Source: an uncultured beta proteobacterium (GTDB lineage Bacteria; Pseudomonadota; Gammaproteobacteria; Burkholderiales; SG8-39). From it: DNA of 64,000 nt. Position numbers and translations under genes: made by a program. Below, one piece after another: positions 19,114-29,020 of this stretch. A model generated the notes under the pieces. It was not told the origin of the DNA. It searched no databases and saw nothing but the letters and a program-made list of their open reading frames with translations. The stretch lies in contig CAVQQK010000003.1 of assembly GCA_963714925.1 (NCBI GenBank), forward strand, positions 80,186 to 144,185, read 5' to 3'. Positions within the stretch are counted from its first letter, which is position 1, and the number at the start of each line of letters is the position of its first letter.

Positions 19114-20160
19114 ATGGACATCTCTGTCGCCGTTGACTGTATGGGGGGCGATCATGGCCCCCAGGTCACAATTCCCGCTGTGCTCGATTTCCAGACCCGG
19201 CACCAGGACGTCGATGTCGTGCTGGTGGGCCTGCGCGACGCGGTTGAGGCGGCGCTTTTGGTGCACGGTGGCCGCACCGGCCCACGCTTGAGCGTGCATC
19301 ACGCGAGTGAGGTGGTCACGATGGACGAGTCACCCGCTGCGGCGTTACGTTTCAAAAAGGATTCGTCGATTCGCGTCGCGGCAAATCTCGTGAAATCCGG
19401 TCAGGCGCACGCCTGCGTAAGCGCCGGCAATACGGGCGCCTTGATGGCAATCTCGCGTTTCGTGCTGAAGACCCTCAGCGGGATCGACCGACCCGCAATT
19501 GCCACCGTCTTGCCTAACATGCGCGGCGACCACACCACGGTGCTCGACCTTGGCGCGAACGTTGACTGTACGTCGCAAAATCTCCTTCAATTCGGCATCA
19601 TGGGCGCCATGCTCGTCGCCGCGGTTGAACACAACGCGCGTCCGACCGTCGGGTTGCTCAACATTGGCGTTGAGGATATCAAGGGCAACGAGACGGTGAA
19701 GCGGGCCTCGGAGTTACTGCGTGCAAGCGGACTCAACTTTGTGGGCAATGTCGAAGGCGACGACATCTACAAGGGCACGACCGATGTCGTCGTGTGCGAT
19801 GGATTCGTCGGTAATGTTGCGCTCAAGGCGTCCGAGGGCGTCGCGCAGATGATGGCTTCGGCATTGCGCGAAGAGTTCACACGCAATCCGCTGCGGCGAT
19901 TTGCCGCGTTGGTCGCGACGCCGGTGTTGCGTTCGTTTCGGGAACGCATGGATCATCGCCGCTATAACGGCGCGAGCCTTCTTGGCTTGCGCGGTATCGT
20001 GATCAAAAGTCACGGCGCGGCCGATGTGTTCGCGTTTGGACAAGCACTCGCGCGCGCGGTCGATGAAGTTCGTAACGATGTCCCGCAACGGATCGCGCAG
20101 CGCATGGCGGAACTGGTCGAAACCGCAGGCACGTTGCCAGTGCGCATGACGGACGCATGA
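19114..20160 (+). CDS. plsX: phosphate acyltransferase PlsX
   Basis: [24 protein letters not shown], 348 aa, ahead of fabH. Confidence 0.95.
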   Translation: MDISVAVDCMGGDHGPQVTIPAVLDFQTRHQDVDVVLVGLRDAVEAALLVHGGRTGPRLSVHHASEVVTMDESPAAALRFKKDSSIRVAANLVKSGQAHACVSAGNTGALMAISRFVLKTLSGIDRPAIATVLPNMRGDHTTVLDLGANVDCTSQNLLQFGIMGAMLVAAVEHNARPTVGLLNIGVEDIKGNETVKRASELLRASGLNFVGNVEGDDIYKGTTDVVVCDGFVGNVALKASEGVAQMMASALREEFTRNPLRRFAALVATPVLRSFRERMDHRRYNGASLLGLRGIVIKSHGAADVFAFGQALARAVDEVRNDVPQRIAQRMAELVETAGTLPVRMTDA

Positions 20161-21116
20161 CCTACTCTCGAATCGTCGGCAGCGGAAGCTATCTGCCCGA
20201 GCGTGTCGTTCGCAACGATGAATTTTCTGCACGCCTGGACACGAGCGATGCGTGGATTCGCGAGCGCACCGGAATCGTGGAACGCCGCATTGCAGACGCG
20301 TCGCAGACCTCGAGCGATCTCGCGTTTGAGGCCAGTCGCCGCGCGCTCGCGGCGGCCGGCGTGGCGCCGGGGGACATCGATCTCATCATCGTCGCGACCT
20401 CCACGCCCGATTTCATCTTCCCGAGCACCGCGTGCCTGCTCCAAGCCAAACTGGGCGCCTCGCACTGTCCAGCCTTCGATGTGCAGGCCGTATGCAGCGG
20501 ATTCGTTTACGCCCTGGCGACCGCGGATGCGTTCATCCGCGGTGGAACGGCGAAACGCGCGCTCGTGGTCGGCGCCGAGGTGTTTTCGCGCATCCTGGAC
20601 TGGAATGACCGAGGTACCTGCGTGCTGTTTGGCGACGGTGCCGGCGCGGTGGTGGTCGCCGGCGGGGACGCGCCGGGGATTCATGCGTCGGTGCTGCGCG
20701 CGGATGGTCGCCACGCGGACCTCCTTTCGGTGCCCGGCAATGTCAGTGGTGGACGCATCGTCGGTTCACCATTTCTGCAGATGGCGGGCGCCCAGGTGTT
20801 CAAGTACGCGGTACGCGTGCTGGATGAAGTAGCGCGCGAGACCGTCGCTGCGGCCGGCATGCAGATCGAGGATATCGATTGGCTCATTCCGCACCAGGCG
20901 AACGTGCGCATTCTTGAAGCCACGGCACGCAAGCTTGGTCTGCCGCTTGAGCGACTTGTGGTGACGGTAGATCGGCACGGCAACACCTCGGCCGCCTCGG
21001 TGCCGCTGGCGCTCGACGAATCGCTGCGCGCGGGCAAGATCCGAAGTGGTGATCGCGTACTGTTGCAAGGCGTCGGGGGCGGGTTTACCTGGGGCGCCGT
21101 GCTCGCGACCCTTTGA
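20157..21116 (+). CDS. fabH: 3-oxoacyl-ACP synthase III
   Basis: Active-site Cys in [25 protein letters not shown] overlap with plsX. Confidence 0.95.
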   Translation: MTYSRIVGSGSYLPERVVRNDEFSARLDTSDAWIRERTGIVERRIADASQTSSDLAFEASRRALAAAGVAPGDIDLIIVATSTPDFIFPSTACLLQAKLGASHCPAFDVQAVCSGFVYALATADAFIRGGTAKRALVVGAEVFSRILDWNDRGTCVLFGDGAGAVVVAGGDAPGIHASVLRADGRHADLLSVPGNVSGGRIVGSPFLQMAGAQVFKYAVRVLDEVARETVAAAGMQIEDIDWLIPHQANVRILEATARKLGLPLERLVVTVDRHGNTSAASVPLALDESLRAGKIRSGDRVLLQGVGGGFTWGAVLATL

Positions 21117-21128
21117 AAGGATCAGCGT

Positions 21129-22064
21129 ATGAAGCTCGCATTCGTGTTTCCGGGGCAGGGTTCGCAGGCGGTCGGCATGCTTCAGGCCTACGCCGGACTG
21201 CCTGCGGTGGACGCCGTCCGGCAGGAAGCCGGCGAGGTGCTCGGCGCCGAATTTCTTCGCGTGCTGGACGACGGGCCTGCGGAGGCGCTCGCGTTGACCG
21301 TCAATACGCAGCCGGCGATGGTCACCGCCGGCATCGCCGCCTTCCGCGCTTGGCGTGGGCTCGGCGGACCCGAGCCGAGCCTCGTTGCAGGCCACAGCCT
21401 TGGCGAGTACAGCGCACTGGTCGCGGCAGGGGCGCTGTCGCTCAAAGCCTGTCTGCCGATCGTGCGCTTTCGCGCGCAGGCGATGCAGCAGGCGGTTCCG
21501 GAGGGGCAGGGCGCGATGGCGGCGATCATGAGCCTTGACGACGACGCGGTGCGCGCGGCCTGCGCGGAGGTTGCGCAGGGCGAGGTGGTCCAGGCGGTGA
21601 ATTTCAACGCCCCCGGCCAGGTGGTGATTGCCGGACACCAGAGCGCGGTTGCGCGCGCAATCGATGCCTGCAAGGCGCGTGGCGCCAAACGTGCGATGCG
21701 CCTGCCGGTCAGCGCACCGTTCCACTCAAGCTTGATGCAGCCGGCGGCGGAGCAACTCCGGGTCCATCTCGAGGCGGTGGGGTTCGATGCACCGCGCATC
21801 GATTTGATCAACAATGTAGACGTCGCGATTGCCGAATCGGCCGCGGGCATCCGGGATGCCCTCGTACGCCAGGCCGCGTCCCCGGTGCGCTGGGCCGATA
21901 CGGTGCGGCGCATGGCGCGCGACGGGGTCACGCACATCGTCGAGTGCGGTCCTGGCAAGGTGCTCGCAGGCCTGGTCAGACGCATCGCGCCGGAAGTGCA
22001 GGGACTTTCGCTCGGCGACCGCCAATCCCTCGAGCAGGCGCTCGCGGAGATTCAGGGCGCATGA
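21129..22064 (+). CDS. fabD: malonyl-CoA:ACP transacylase
   Basis: FPGQGSQ and active-site GHSLGEYSAL. Confidence 0.95.
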   Translation: MKLAFVFPGQGSQAVGMLQAYAGLPAVDAVRQEAGEVLGAEFLRVLDDGPAEALALTVNTQPAMVTAGIAAFRAWRGLGGPEPSLVAGHSLGEYSALVAAGALSLKACLPIVRFRAQAMQQAVPEGQGAMAAIMSLDDDAVRAACAEVAQGEVVQAVNFNAPGQVVIAGHQSAVARAIDACKARGAKRAMRLPVSAPFHSSLMQPAAEQLRVHLEAVGFDAPRIDLINNVDVAIAESAAGIRDALVRQAASPVRWADTVRRMARDGVTHIVECGPGKVLAGLVRRIAPEVQGLSLGDRQSLEQALAEIQGA

Positions 22065-22810
22065 GCACGCTGGAGGGGAAGGTGGCCTTGGTTACCGGCG
22101 CTTCGCGCGGGATTGGGCGTGCGATCGCGCATGCCCTCGCGGGCCGGGGCGCGACGGTGATTGGTACTGCGACGAGTGAAGCCGGGGCACAGGGCGTGAC
22201 GGCCGCGCTCGGCGCGTTGGGTGGAAAAAGCGCAGGCCGGGTCCTCGACGTACGCGACCCGGCGCAATGCGACGCGATCGTGGCGTCGGTGTGCAAGGAC
22301 TACGGCGACATCCTGATCCTCGTCAACAATGCTGCCGTCGTGCGCGACAACCTGGCGTTGCGGATGAAGGACAGCGAATGGGACGAGGTCATGGAAACGA
22401 ACTTGCGGGCCGTGTTTCGCCTCTCGCGTTCGGTGCTGCGGGCGATGATGAAGGCGCGCTGGGGACGGATCATCAACATCACGTCTGTCGTTGGCGCATC
22501 GGGCAACGCCGGACAAGCGAATTATGCGGCGGCCAAGGCCGGTGTCGCGGGGATGACCCGCGCGCTCGCCCGCGAACTTGGGAGCCGGAATATCACCGTG
22601 AACTGCGTTGCCCCCGGGTTCATCGACACGGATATGACGCGGGCGCTCACCGACGCGCAGCGCAGCGCGCTGCTGGCACAAATCCCGCTGGGTCGCCTTG
22701 GCGCGGCAGACGACGTCGCCTCGGCGGTGGCCTATCTGGCCTCGCCCGAGGCGGGCTACGTGACCGGGACCGTCCTCCACGTCAACGGCGGCATGTATAT
22801 GAGCGGTTGA
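22061..22810 (+). CDS. fabG: 3-oxoacyl-ACP reductase
   Basis: TGASRGIGRAIA, NYAAAKAG (Y-X3-K). ATG 22061 overlaps the fabD stop (ATGA). Confidence 0.95.
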   Translation: MSTLEGKVALVTGASRGIGRAIAHALAGRGATVIGTATSEAGAQGVTAALGALGGKSAGRVLDVRDPAQCDAIVASVCKDYGDILILVNNAAVVRDNLALRMKDSEWDEVMETNLRAVFRLSRSVLRAMMKARWGRIINITSVVGASGNAGQANYAAAKAGVAGMTRALARELGSRNITVNCVAPGFIDTDMTRALTDAQRSALLAQIPLGRLGAADDVASAVAYLASPEAGYVTGTVLHVNGGMYMSG

Positions 22811-22915
22811 GCGCTCGATATTCGGTCCGATCGAGGCCGGATAGGCTCGATCGTTTGGTAGAATTCAGCCCGCTCCTCGGTACTCAGACGGAGCCCCAGA
22901 GGGAAGGAGCAGAAG

Positions 22916-23155
22916 ATGGAGAATATCGAACAACGCGTCAAGAAGATCATCGCCGAGCAGTTGGGCGTCAACGAGGCGGAGATCAAGATCGAATCGTCTT
23001 TCGTGGATGATCTTGGCGCGGATTCACTCGACACGGTCGAGTTGGTGATGGCATTGGAAGAAGAATTCGAGACCGAGATCCCGGACGAAGAAGCCGAGAA
23101 GATCACGACGGTCCAGCAGGCCATCGACTTCATCACGGCGCACCAAAAGGCCTGA
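22916..23155 (+). CDS. acpP: acyl carrier protein
   Basis: 79 aa with the [12 protein letters not shown] phosphopantetheine-attachment site. Confidence 0.97.
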   Translation: MENIEQRVKKIIAEQLGVNEAEIKIESSFVDDLGADSLDTVELVMALEEEFETEIPDEEAEKITTVQQAIDFITAHQKA

Positions 23156-23210
23156 CCCACGTACGCGCAGGCCGGTTTCAGACCGCCGCGCGCCACCTGC
23201 AGGACGCACG

Positions 23211-24443
23211 TTGTCTCGTCGCAGAGTCGTTGTCACCGGACTGGGTGCCGTGTGCCCGGTCGGCAATACGGTGAATGAAGCCTGGCAAAACGTCGTCGCT
23301 GGTCGTTCCGGCATCGGACCGATCCAGCGTTTCGACGCGTCCGCCTTCGCCTGCACGTTCGCGGGCGAGGTGAAGGGGTTCGACGTTTCCGCGTACCTGC
23401 CCGCAAAGGAGGCGCGGCACATGGACACCTTTATTCATTACGGTCTCGCGGCGGGAATCCAGGCCTGGCGTGACTGCGGGCTCGAGGTCAGCGAGACGAA
23501 CGCCGAGCGCATCGGCGTGAACATCGGCTCCGGGATCGGGGGCCTGCCGATGATCGAGCGGACGCACCAGGAATACGTCAACAAAGGACCGCGCCGAATT
23601 TCGCCCTTTTTCGTACCTGCAACGATCATCAATTTGATCTCCGGCCATCTGTCGATCATGCTGGGTATGAAGGGCCCGAATCTGGGCGTGGTGACGGCAT
23701 GTACGACCGGTTTGCACTCGATCGGTCTCGCGGCACGACTCATTGAACACGGTGACGCCGATGTCATGGTCGCCGGGGGCGCTGAAGCGGCAATCTCGCC
23801 GCTCGGGCTCGGGGGATTCGCGGCTGCGCGCGCCCTGTCGACCCGCAATGATGACCCGCAGGCCGCAAGCCGGCCATGGGACCGCGGTCGTGACGGATTT
23901 GTCCTGGGTGAAGGCGCCGGGGTGCTGGTGGTCGAAGAATACGAGCATGCACGCGCGCGCGGCGCCCGCATCTATTGCGAGTTGGCGGGTTTCGGCATGA
24001 GCGCCGACGCATTCCACATGACTGCACCGAACGTAGACGGGCCGCGGCGTTGCATGCGGAATGCCCTGAACGATGCCGGACTTGCCCCGGATCGAGTGAA
24101 CTACGTGAACGCACACGGTACCTCGACTCCGCTGGGCGACAAGAACGAAACCGATGCGATCAAGGCGGCGTTCGGGGAATCCGCCAAATCGCTGGTGATC
24201 AGTTCCACCAAGTCGATGACCGGGCACCTGCTCGGCGGCGCCGGCGGGGTTGAGTCCGTGTTCACGGTTCTCGCACTGCATCACGGCATCTGCCCGCCAA
24301 CAATTAATCTCACCGATCCCGACCCCGAGTGCGATCTTGATTACTGCGCCCATACGGCGCGCGAACTCGAAGTGGACGTCGCCGTGAAGAACAATTTTGG
24401 ATTTGGCGGAACGAACGGAACCTTGGTTTTCGCGAAAGTGTGA
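23211..24443 (+). CDS. fabF: 3-oxoacyl-ACP synthase II
   Basis: Active-site Cys in [22 protein letters not shown], 410 aa. Confidence 0.95.
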   Translation: MSRRRVVVTGLGAVCPVGNTVNEAWQNVVAGRSGIGPIQRFDASAFACTFAGEVKGFDVSAYLPAKEARHMDTFIHYGLAAGIQAWRDCGLEVSETNAERIGVNIGSGIGGLPMIERTHQEYVNKGPRRISPFFVPATIINLISGHLSIMLGMKGPNLGVVTACTTGLHSIGLAARLIEHGDADVMVAGGAEAAISPLGLGGFAAARALSTRNDDPQAASRPWDRGRDGFVLGEGAGVLVVEEYEHARARGARIYCELAGFGMSADAFHMTAPNVDGPRRCMRNALNDAGLAPDRVNYVNAHGTSTPLGDKNETDAIKAAFGESAKSLVISSTKSMTGHLLGGAGGVESVFTVLALHHGICPPTINLTDPDPECDLDYCAHTARELEVDVAVKNNFGFGGTNGTLVFAKV

Positions 24444-24922
24444 GTGCGCGGAATACGCGGAACGTGGGGAACGTGCGGAACGCGACGCATTTCCAGTTGA
24501 CACCGTCGCGCCGAATCGCACTGTTCATCGTGCTGGCACACGGCGCCTCGGCTGCCGCGTTGCTTACGCTGGCCAGCGACGCCATCGGCTGGATGCTCGC
24601 CGCGCTGATCGTCGCGCTGGGAATCGCAACGACATGGGATCGTGCACTTCTGCGCGCACGCCGATCGGTGCGGGGATTCGAAGTCCAGGGGGCGGACCGG
24701 ATCGTGCTTGAATTCTCAGGCGGCCAGCAGCGCGCGTCACCGGTGGGATCTCGGCGCTGGGTGAGCGCGCATCTGGTCGCGCTCCCGCTCGCGGCGCCCG
24801 GGCGCCGTACGCTACTGATCGCCGACGACATGCTTGACCCGGACGCGTTTCGGCGCCTGCGGCTGTGGTCACTTTGGGGGCGACTGCCCGGCGTCGCGCC
24901 CCTGCCACGCGAACCGGCGTGA
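24440..24922 (+). CDS. YgfX/CptA-like inner-membrane protein (DUF1434-type)
   Basis: Two predicted TM helices ([36 protein letters not shown]), then ..[24 protein letters not shown]. This parallels E. coli YgfX ..HLWLAADSMDEAEWRDLRRILL, recalled from memory. GTG 24440 overlaps the fabF stop. The true start may be further downstream. Confidence 0.5.
   Translation: MSARNTRNVGNVRNATHFQLTPSRRIALFIVLAHGASAAALLTLASDAIGWMLAALIVALGIATTWDRALLRARRSVRGFEVQGADRIVLEFSGGQQRASPVGSRRWVSAHLVALPLAAPGRRTLLIADDMLDPDAFRRLRLWSLWGRLPGVAPLPREPA
24448..24483 (+). repeat. 4 x 9-bp tandem repeat (GCGGAACGT-like)
   Basis: gcggaatac gcggaacgt ggggaacgt gcggaacgc, in frame with the 24440 ORF ([12 protein letters not shown]). 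Confidence 0.9.
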
Positions 24923-24941
24923 CCAAGCGTGGTTTTCGCGT

Positions 24942-24968
24942 GAACTATTTCCCTCTGTGCCTGTCTTT
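24942..24968 (+). promoter_or_regulatory. candidate sigma-E (RpoE/AlgU)-type autoregulatory promoter
   Basis: GAACTA - 16 nt - TCTTT, compared with the consensus GAACTT-N16/17-TCTGA. Lies about 80 nt upstream of the rpoE GTG. Confidence 0.35.
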
Positions 24969-25045
24969 GCCACATAGACGTTTCGGCGGGACGGGTCTCG
25001 CGGCCGGTCGCAGGCAGGCGCAGTGCGAGGCAGGAACCAGCGACC

Positions 25046-25645
25046 GTGTCTGAGCGCGATATCGACCGCCAGTTGGTCGAGCGGGCGCAGCGCGGCGACA
25101 AGCGGGCCTTTGAGTTACTCGTCGAAAAGTACCAACGCAAGCTCGGACGACTGCTGTCCAGATTTATACGGGATCCGTCAGAGGTCGAGGACGTGATGCA
25201 GGAAGCATTCATCAAGGCCTATCGCGCATTACCCGCATTCCGTGGCGACAGTGCGTTCTATACCTGGCTTTACCGCATCGGGATTAACACGGCCAAGAAT
25301 TACCTGGCGGCCCTGCGTCGCCGCGCGCCAACCTCGACTGAAATCGATGCCGAAGAGGCCGAAGGGTATGACGATGGCGAGCGCCTGCGGGATCTCAATA
25401 CGCCCGAGAACATGCTGCTCTCGAAGGAAGTCGCGGACGCGGTCAATGCGTCGATGGAGGAACTTCCGCAGGAATTGAGGACCGCGATCCAGTTGCGCGA
25501 GATGGAAGGCATGAGTTACGAGGATATTGCGCGCATCATGAATTGCCCGATCGGTACGGTCCGATCGAGGATATTCCGGGCGCGGGAGGCGATTGCTGAG
25601 CGGCTGCGCCCGTTGATCGGAACGCCGAAGGAAAAACGATGGTAA
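25046..25645 (+). CDS. rpoE: ECF sigma factor sigma-E (RpoE/AlgU)
   Basis: VSERDIDRQLVERAQRGDKRAFELLVEKYQRK..., region 4 MEGMSYEDIARIMNCPIGTVRSRIFRAREA. Followed by anti-sigma genes. Confidence 0.95.
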   Translation: MSERDIDRQLVERAQRGDKRAFELLVEKYQRKLGRLLSRFIRDPSEVEDVMQEAFIKAYRALPAFRGDSAFYTWLYRIGINTAKNYLAALRRRAPTSTEIDAEEAEGYDDGERLRDLNTPENMLLSKEVADAVNASMEELPQELRTAIQLREMEGMSYEDIARIMNCPIGTVRSRIFRAREAIAERLRPLIGTPKEKRW

Positions 25646-25669
25646 CAGTGGCAACAGTGGCAACAGTGG
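25643..25669 (+). repeat. 3 x 9-bp tandem repeat (CAACAGTGG) starting at the rpoE stop codon
   Basis: taacagtgg caacagtgg caacagtgg, in the 49-bp rpoE-rseA spacer. Confidence 0.9.
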
Positions 25670-25694
25670 TAAGAATGATTATGGTGGATATCCA

Positions 25695-26291
25695 ATGAAG
25701 ACGAAAATCTCTGCGTTGGTAGACGGTGAGTTGGAACCGCAGACGGCGGACCATGTGATCGACCTGCTCGGGCGTGACGACGCATCACGCGAGACATGGC
25801 GGCTCTATCACGTCATCAGTGACACGTTGCGCGATACCGCGTTGCGATCCGCAGATTTCTCTGCGCGCTGTGCTGAGAAACTGGCGGCCGAGCCGACGGT
25901 CCTTGCCCCGGACCGTCTCCCGGCTGAACCCAGGCGCTGGACACTGTTGTCGGCGGTCGCAAGCCTCGCCGCCGTCGCCCTGGTCGGTTGGCTCGCGTTT
26001 GCACCGGATCCGGAGATGCGCCCCGGCGTGCTGCCCGGCACGCCGCTCGCGAGCGCCCCGCAAGGCGGGCGGATCCAGTCGGCCTCGACCGAGGGCGTCC
26101 GACCGGTCGCGCGGCGGGCGGTCGAACACCGGCGCGGGTCGGCACTGCGCCCGGCGCTGGTGCTGCTGCCTGAGGCGGCAAATGAGTACCTGCTCGCGCA
26201 TCAGGAGTTTTCGCCACGGACGTCGCTGCAAGGCATGGCGCCTTACGTACGCACCGTGTCGGCGCCAACGGTCGAGGCCACGCGTCGATGA
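25695..26291 (+). CDS. rseA: anti-sigma-E factor RseA/MucA
   Basis: N-terminal MKTKISALVDGELE, central TM (WTLLSAVASLAAVALVGWLAF), position after rpoE. Confidence 0.85.
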   Translation: MKTKISALVDGELEPQTADHVIDLLGRDDASRETWRLYHVISDTLRDTALRSADFSARCAEKLAAEPTVLAPDRLPAEPRRWTLLSAVASLAAVALVGWLAFAPDPEMRPGVLPGTPLASAPQGGRIQSASTEGVRPVARRAVEHRRGSALRPALVLLPEAANEYLLAHQEFSPRTSLQGMAPYVRTVSAPTVEATRR

Positions 26292-27262
26292 ATGGCGCCG
26301 TGCGCGGCGCCCATGCCCTGGCGCTTGCGTTCGCCTGTGCCACCGGTAGCGCCATTGCGCAGACCGCGCAGGACGCAGCTGCGGTGCTCAGCAGAGCCTA
26401 TGCCGCCACGCAATCGCTGTCGTACACGGGAACGTTCGTTTTTCAGCACGGCCGGCGTAGTGAAACGTCGCGCATCACGCGCCGTGCCAGCGCAACGGGC
26501 AACGTCGAGCGCCTTGAAATACTTGATGGCACGCCACGCGAGGTCATACGCACCCAAGACGGCGTCCGCTGCTATCTGCCGCAAGCGCAGACGGTGAAAA
26601 TTGGTCACCGTGACGCGACCCGCAGTTTCCCCGCGCTGCTTCCGGCGCAATTGGATGAACTTCTGCGCCATTACACGGTACGGCTAGGACCCATGGATCG
26701 CGTGGCAGGCCGCGCATGCCAGACCGTTACGCTACAGCCGAAGGATGATGTTCGATACGGCTATGCGCTGTGTGCCGACGAAGCGAGCGGCCTGTTGTTG
26801 CGTGCGATTACCCTAAGTGAAACTGACGTGCCGGTCGAGCAGTTCACGTTTACACAGCTTTCCATTGGCGACGTTCGCCCGGAGGCCGTCGAACCGCAGC
26901 CCGCAACCCGATCCTGGCGCGTCGAGGAAGCGTCGGTACGGCCGGCAGACTTGAAGGCCGAGGGCTGGCGCATCGATTCGGATCTGCCGGGATTTCAAAA
27001 GATCGTCGAAGTCGTACGCGTCTCGGAAGCGCGAAAACCCGTTAGCCAGGTCGTGTTCTCAGACGGCCTGGCCGCAGTCTCGGTGTTCATCGAATCTGCG
27101 CGTGGGCGGACCGAGCCTATGATGCGTGGCGCGATAAACATGGGCGGTATCAACATCTACGTGCGTGAGGTCGAAGATTATGTCGTGACGGTCGTGGGCG
27201 AAACACCTGCTGCGAGCGTACGACGTCTTGCGGAACAGGTCCGCTACCAGCGTCCGCAGTGA
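26288..27262 (+). CDS. rseB: sigma-E regulatory protein RseB/MucB
   Basis: Signal peptide, MucB/RseB-like YTGTFVFQHG core, ATGA overlap with rseA. Confidence 0.85.
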   Translation: MNGAVRGAHALALAFACATGSAIAQTAQDAAAVLSRAYAATQSLSYTGTFVFQHGRRSETSRITRRASATGNVERLEILDGTPREVIRTQDGVRCYLPQAQTVKIGHRDATRSFPALLPAQLDELLRHYTVRLGPMDRVAGRACQTVTLQPKDDVRYGYALCADEASGLLLRAITLSETDVPVEQFTFTQLSIGDVRPEAVEPQPATRSWRVEEASVRPADLKAEGWRIDSDLPGFQKIVEVVRVSEARKPVSQVVFSDGLAAVSVFIESARGRTEPMMRGAINMGGINIYVREVEDYVVTVVGETPAASVRRLAEQVRYQRPQ

Positions 27263-27317
27263 ACGTTCCTGTGACGAACGGTTCGAACGTCGCAGATCAT
27301 CATCGAAAGGAAACGGT

Positions 27318-28730
27318 ATGCAGTCGGTAAGAAGCCTCGTATTTCTCTGCGTGTTCGCCGTCAGCGGCACGGTCCTCGCGCAAGCACGCGAACTGCCGGA
27401 TTTCACCCGCTTGGTGGAGCAGCAGGGACCTGCCGTCGTGAATATCAGCACGACGCAAACGATTCGACGTAGCAGGCTGCCGCAGGTTCCCGGCATCGAA
27501 GACGAAGAGATGCTGGAGTTTTTCCGACGCTTCATTCCCCACTCGCCAGGCGTGCCGCGCGAAAGCCACTCGCTGGGTTCCGGATTCGTCATCAGCGCAG
27601 ATGGTTACATTCTGACCAACGCGCATGTCGTCGAAGGTTCCGACGAGGTCAACGTTCGTCTCACCGACAAACGCGAGTTCAAGGCGAAGATCATCGGATA
27701 CGACAAGCGCACGGATGTTGCACTGATCAAGATCGAGGCGAGCGATTTGCCGATCGTGCGCTTCGGTACGCCAGGTCAACTCAAGGTCGGAGAATGGGTC
27801 GTCGCCATCGGCTCGCCCTTTGGCTTCGATAACACGGTGACGGCCGGGATCGTGTCCGCGAAGGGGCGCTCGTTGCCGCAAGAAAACTTCGTCCCGTTCA
27901 TACAGACTGACGTGGCGATCAATCCGGGAAACTCGGGCGGACCGCTGTTCAATCTGCGTGGCGAAGTGGTCGGAATCAATTCGCAGATCTACAGCCGAAC
28001 CGGCGGTTTCATGGGGTTGTCGTTTGCGATTCCGATCGACGTCGCGCTCGACGTCCAGAGTCAGTTGCGCGAAAAAGGGCACGTTTCCCGGGGCCGCATT
28101 GGCGTCGTGATTCAGGAGGTGACGCGCGATCTGGCGACTTCGTTCGGACTCGACCAACCGCGTGGAGCGCTCGTCAACGCAGTTGAAAAGGCGAGCCCTG
28201 CGGACAAGGCCGGCATACTTGCCACCGACATCATTACGCGGTTCGGTGGCAAGCAGGTTGGCTCGTCGAGCGATCTGCCGCGCATCGTGGGGGGCACACG
28301 GCCAGGATCGGAAGTAGAGGTTGAGGTCTGGCGCAACGGCGGCACGAAAATACTGCAAATCACCGTTGGTGAACTGAAAGAGGATCGCATTGCCGCGCGT
28401 GACACGACGCCGAGAGAGCGCCCGAAATCCGGTGCGGCGAACCGGCTCGGCATCGTCGTCGCGGAACTCTCCGATGAGCAGAAGCGCGCGATGAAGCTCA
28501 CGCACGGATTGGTCGTGACCGAGGTACGACCGGATGCGCGAGCGGACGTGCGTCGCGGCGATGTCCTGTTGACCTTCGTGCACGGCGGGCAGCAAACGGC
28601 GCTCAAATCGGTGGGCAAGCTCAATCAGCTCCTGCGCAAGCTCGACAAGACCGCGGTGTTTACGTTGCAGATCCAGCGCGGCGAAAACATGGCGTTTGTC
28701 ACGATCACCGGCATCGAGGACAAAGGATAG
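27318..28730 (+). CDS. degP: periplasmic serine endoprotease DegP/MucD (HtrA family)
   Basis: Signal MQSVRSLVFLCVFAVSGTVLAQA, TNAHVV (His), GNSGGPL (Ser), two PDZ-length C-terminal domains. The ORF-track start 27228 overlaps rseB. Confidence 0.9.
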   Translation: MQSVRSLVFLCVFAVSGTVLAQARELPDFTRLVEQQGPAVVNISTTQTIRRSRLPQVPGIEDEEMLEFFRRFIPHSPGVPRESHSLGSGFVISADGYILTNAHVVEGSDEVNVRLTDKREFKAKIIGYDKRTDVALIKIEASDLPIVRFGTPGQLKVGEWVVAIGSPFGFDNTVTAGIVSAKGRSLPQENFVPFIQTDVAINPGNSGGPLFNLRGEVVGINSQIYSRTGGFMGLSFAIPIDVALDVQSQLREKGHVSRGRIGVVIQEVTRDLATSFGLDQPRGALVNAVEKASPADKAGILATDIITRFGGKQVGSSSDLPRIVGGTRPGSEVEVEVWRNGGTKILQITVGELKEDRIAARDTTPRERPKSGAANRLGIVVAELSDEQKRAMKLTHGLVVTEVRPDARADVRRGDVLLTFVHGGQQTALKSVGKLNQLLRKLDKTAVFTLQIQRGENMAFVTITGIEDKG

Positions 28731-28734
28731 CCGC

Positions 28735-28977
28735 GTGATCCACCTGCGCGTGTACGGGCGCAGCTACTGCCACCTCTGTGACGACATGGTCGCGGCCCTG
28801 CGACGGATGCAGTCTGAGCTCGATTTCAAGTTTGAGGTGCTCGATGTCGATGCGCAGCCGGACCTCGAGCGTCGTTTCGGCGAACGTGTGCCAGTGCTGG
28901 TCGATCCAGGCAACGAGGAAATCTGTCACTACTGGCTCGATGAAGACGCCGTGCGCAGGCGCCTTGCGCTAGAATGA
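28735..28977 (+). CDS. glutaredoxin-like thioredoxin-fold protein (DUF836 type)
   Basis: About 80 aa from GTG 28735 with YCHLCDD (C-X2-C) and VPVLVD. Conserved position upstream of lepA. Confidence 0.65.
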   Translation: MIHLRVYGRSYCHLCDDMVAALRRMQSELDFKFEVLDVDAQPDLERRFGERVPVLVDPGNEEICHYWLDEDAVRRRLALE

Positions 28978-29020
28978 CGGCCCAATGCAACAAAGGGTGC
29001 CGCGGGCACCCTTTTTTGTG

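Noticed and set aside
24448-25669. The two 9-bp repeat arrays as a CRISPR or other spacer-repeat locus
   Set aside because: The units are directly tandem with no spacers, number only 3-4 copies, differ in sequence between the two arrays, and there are no cas genes.
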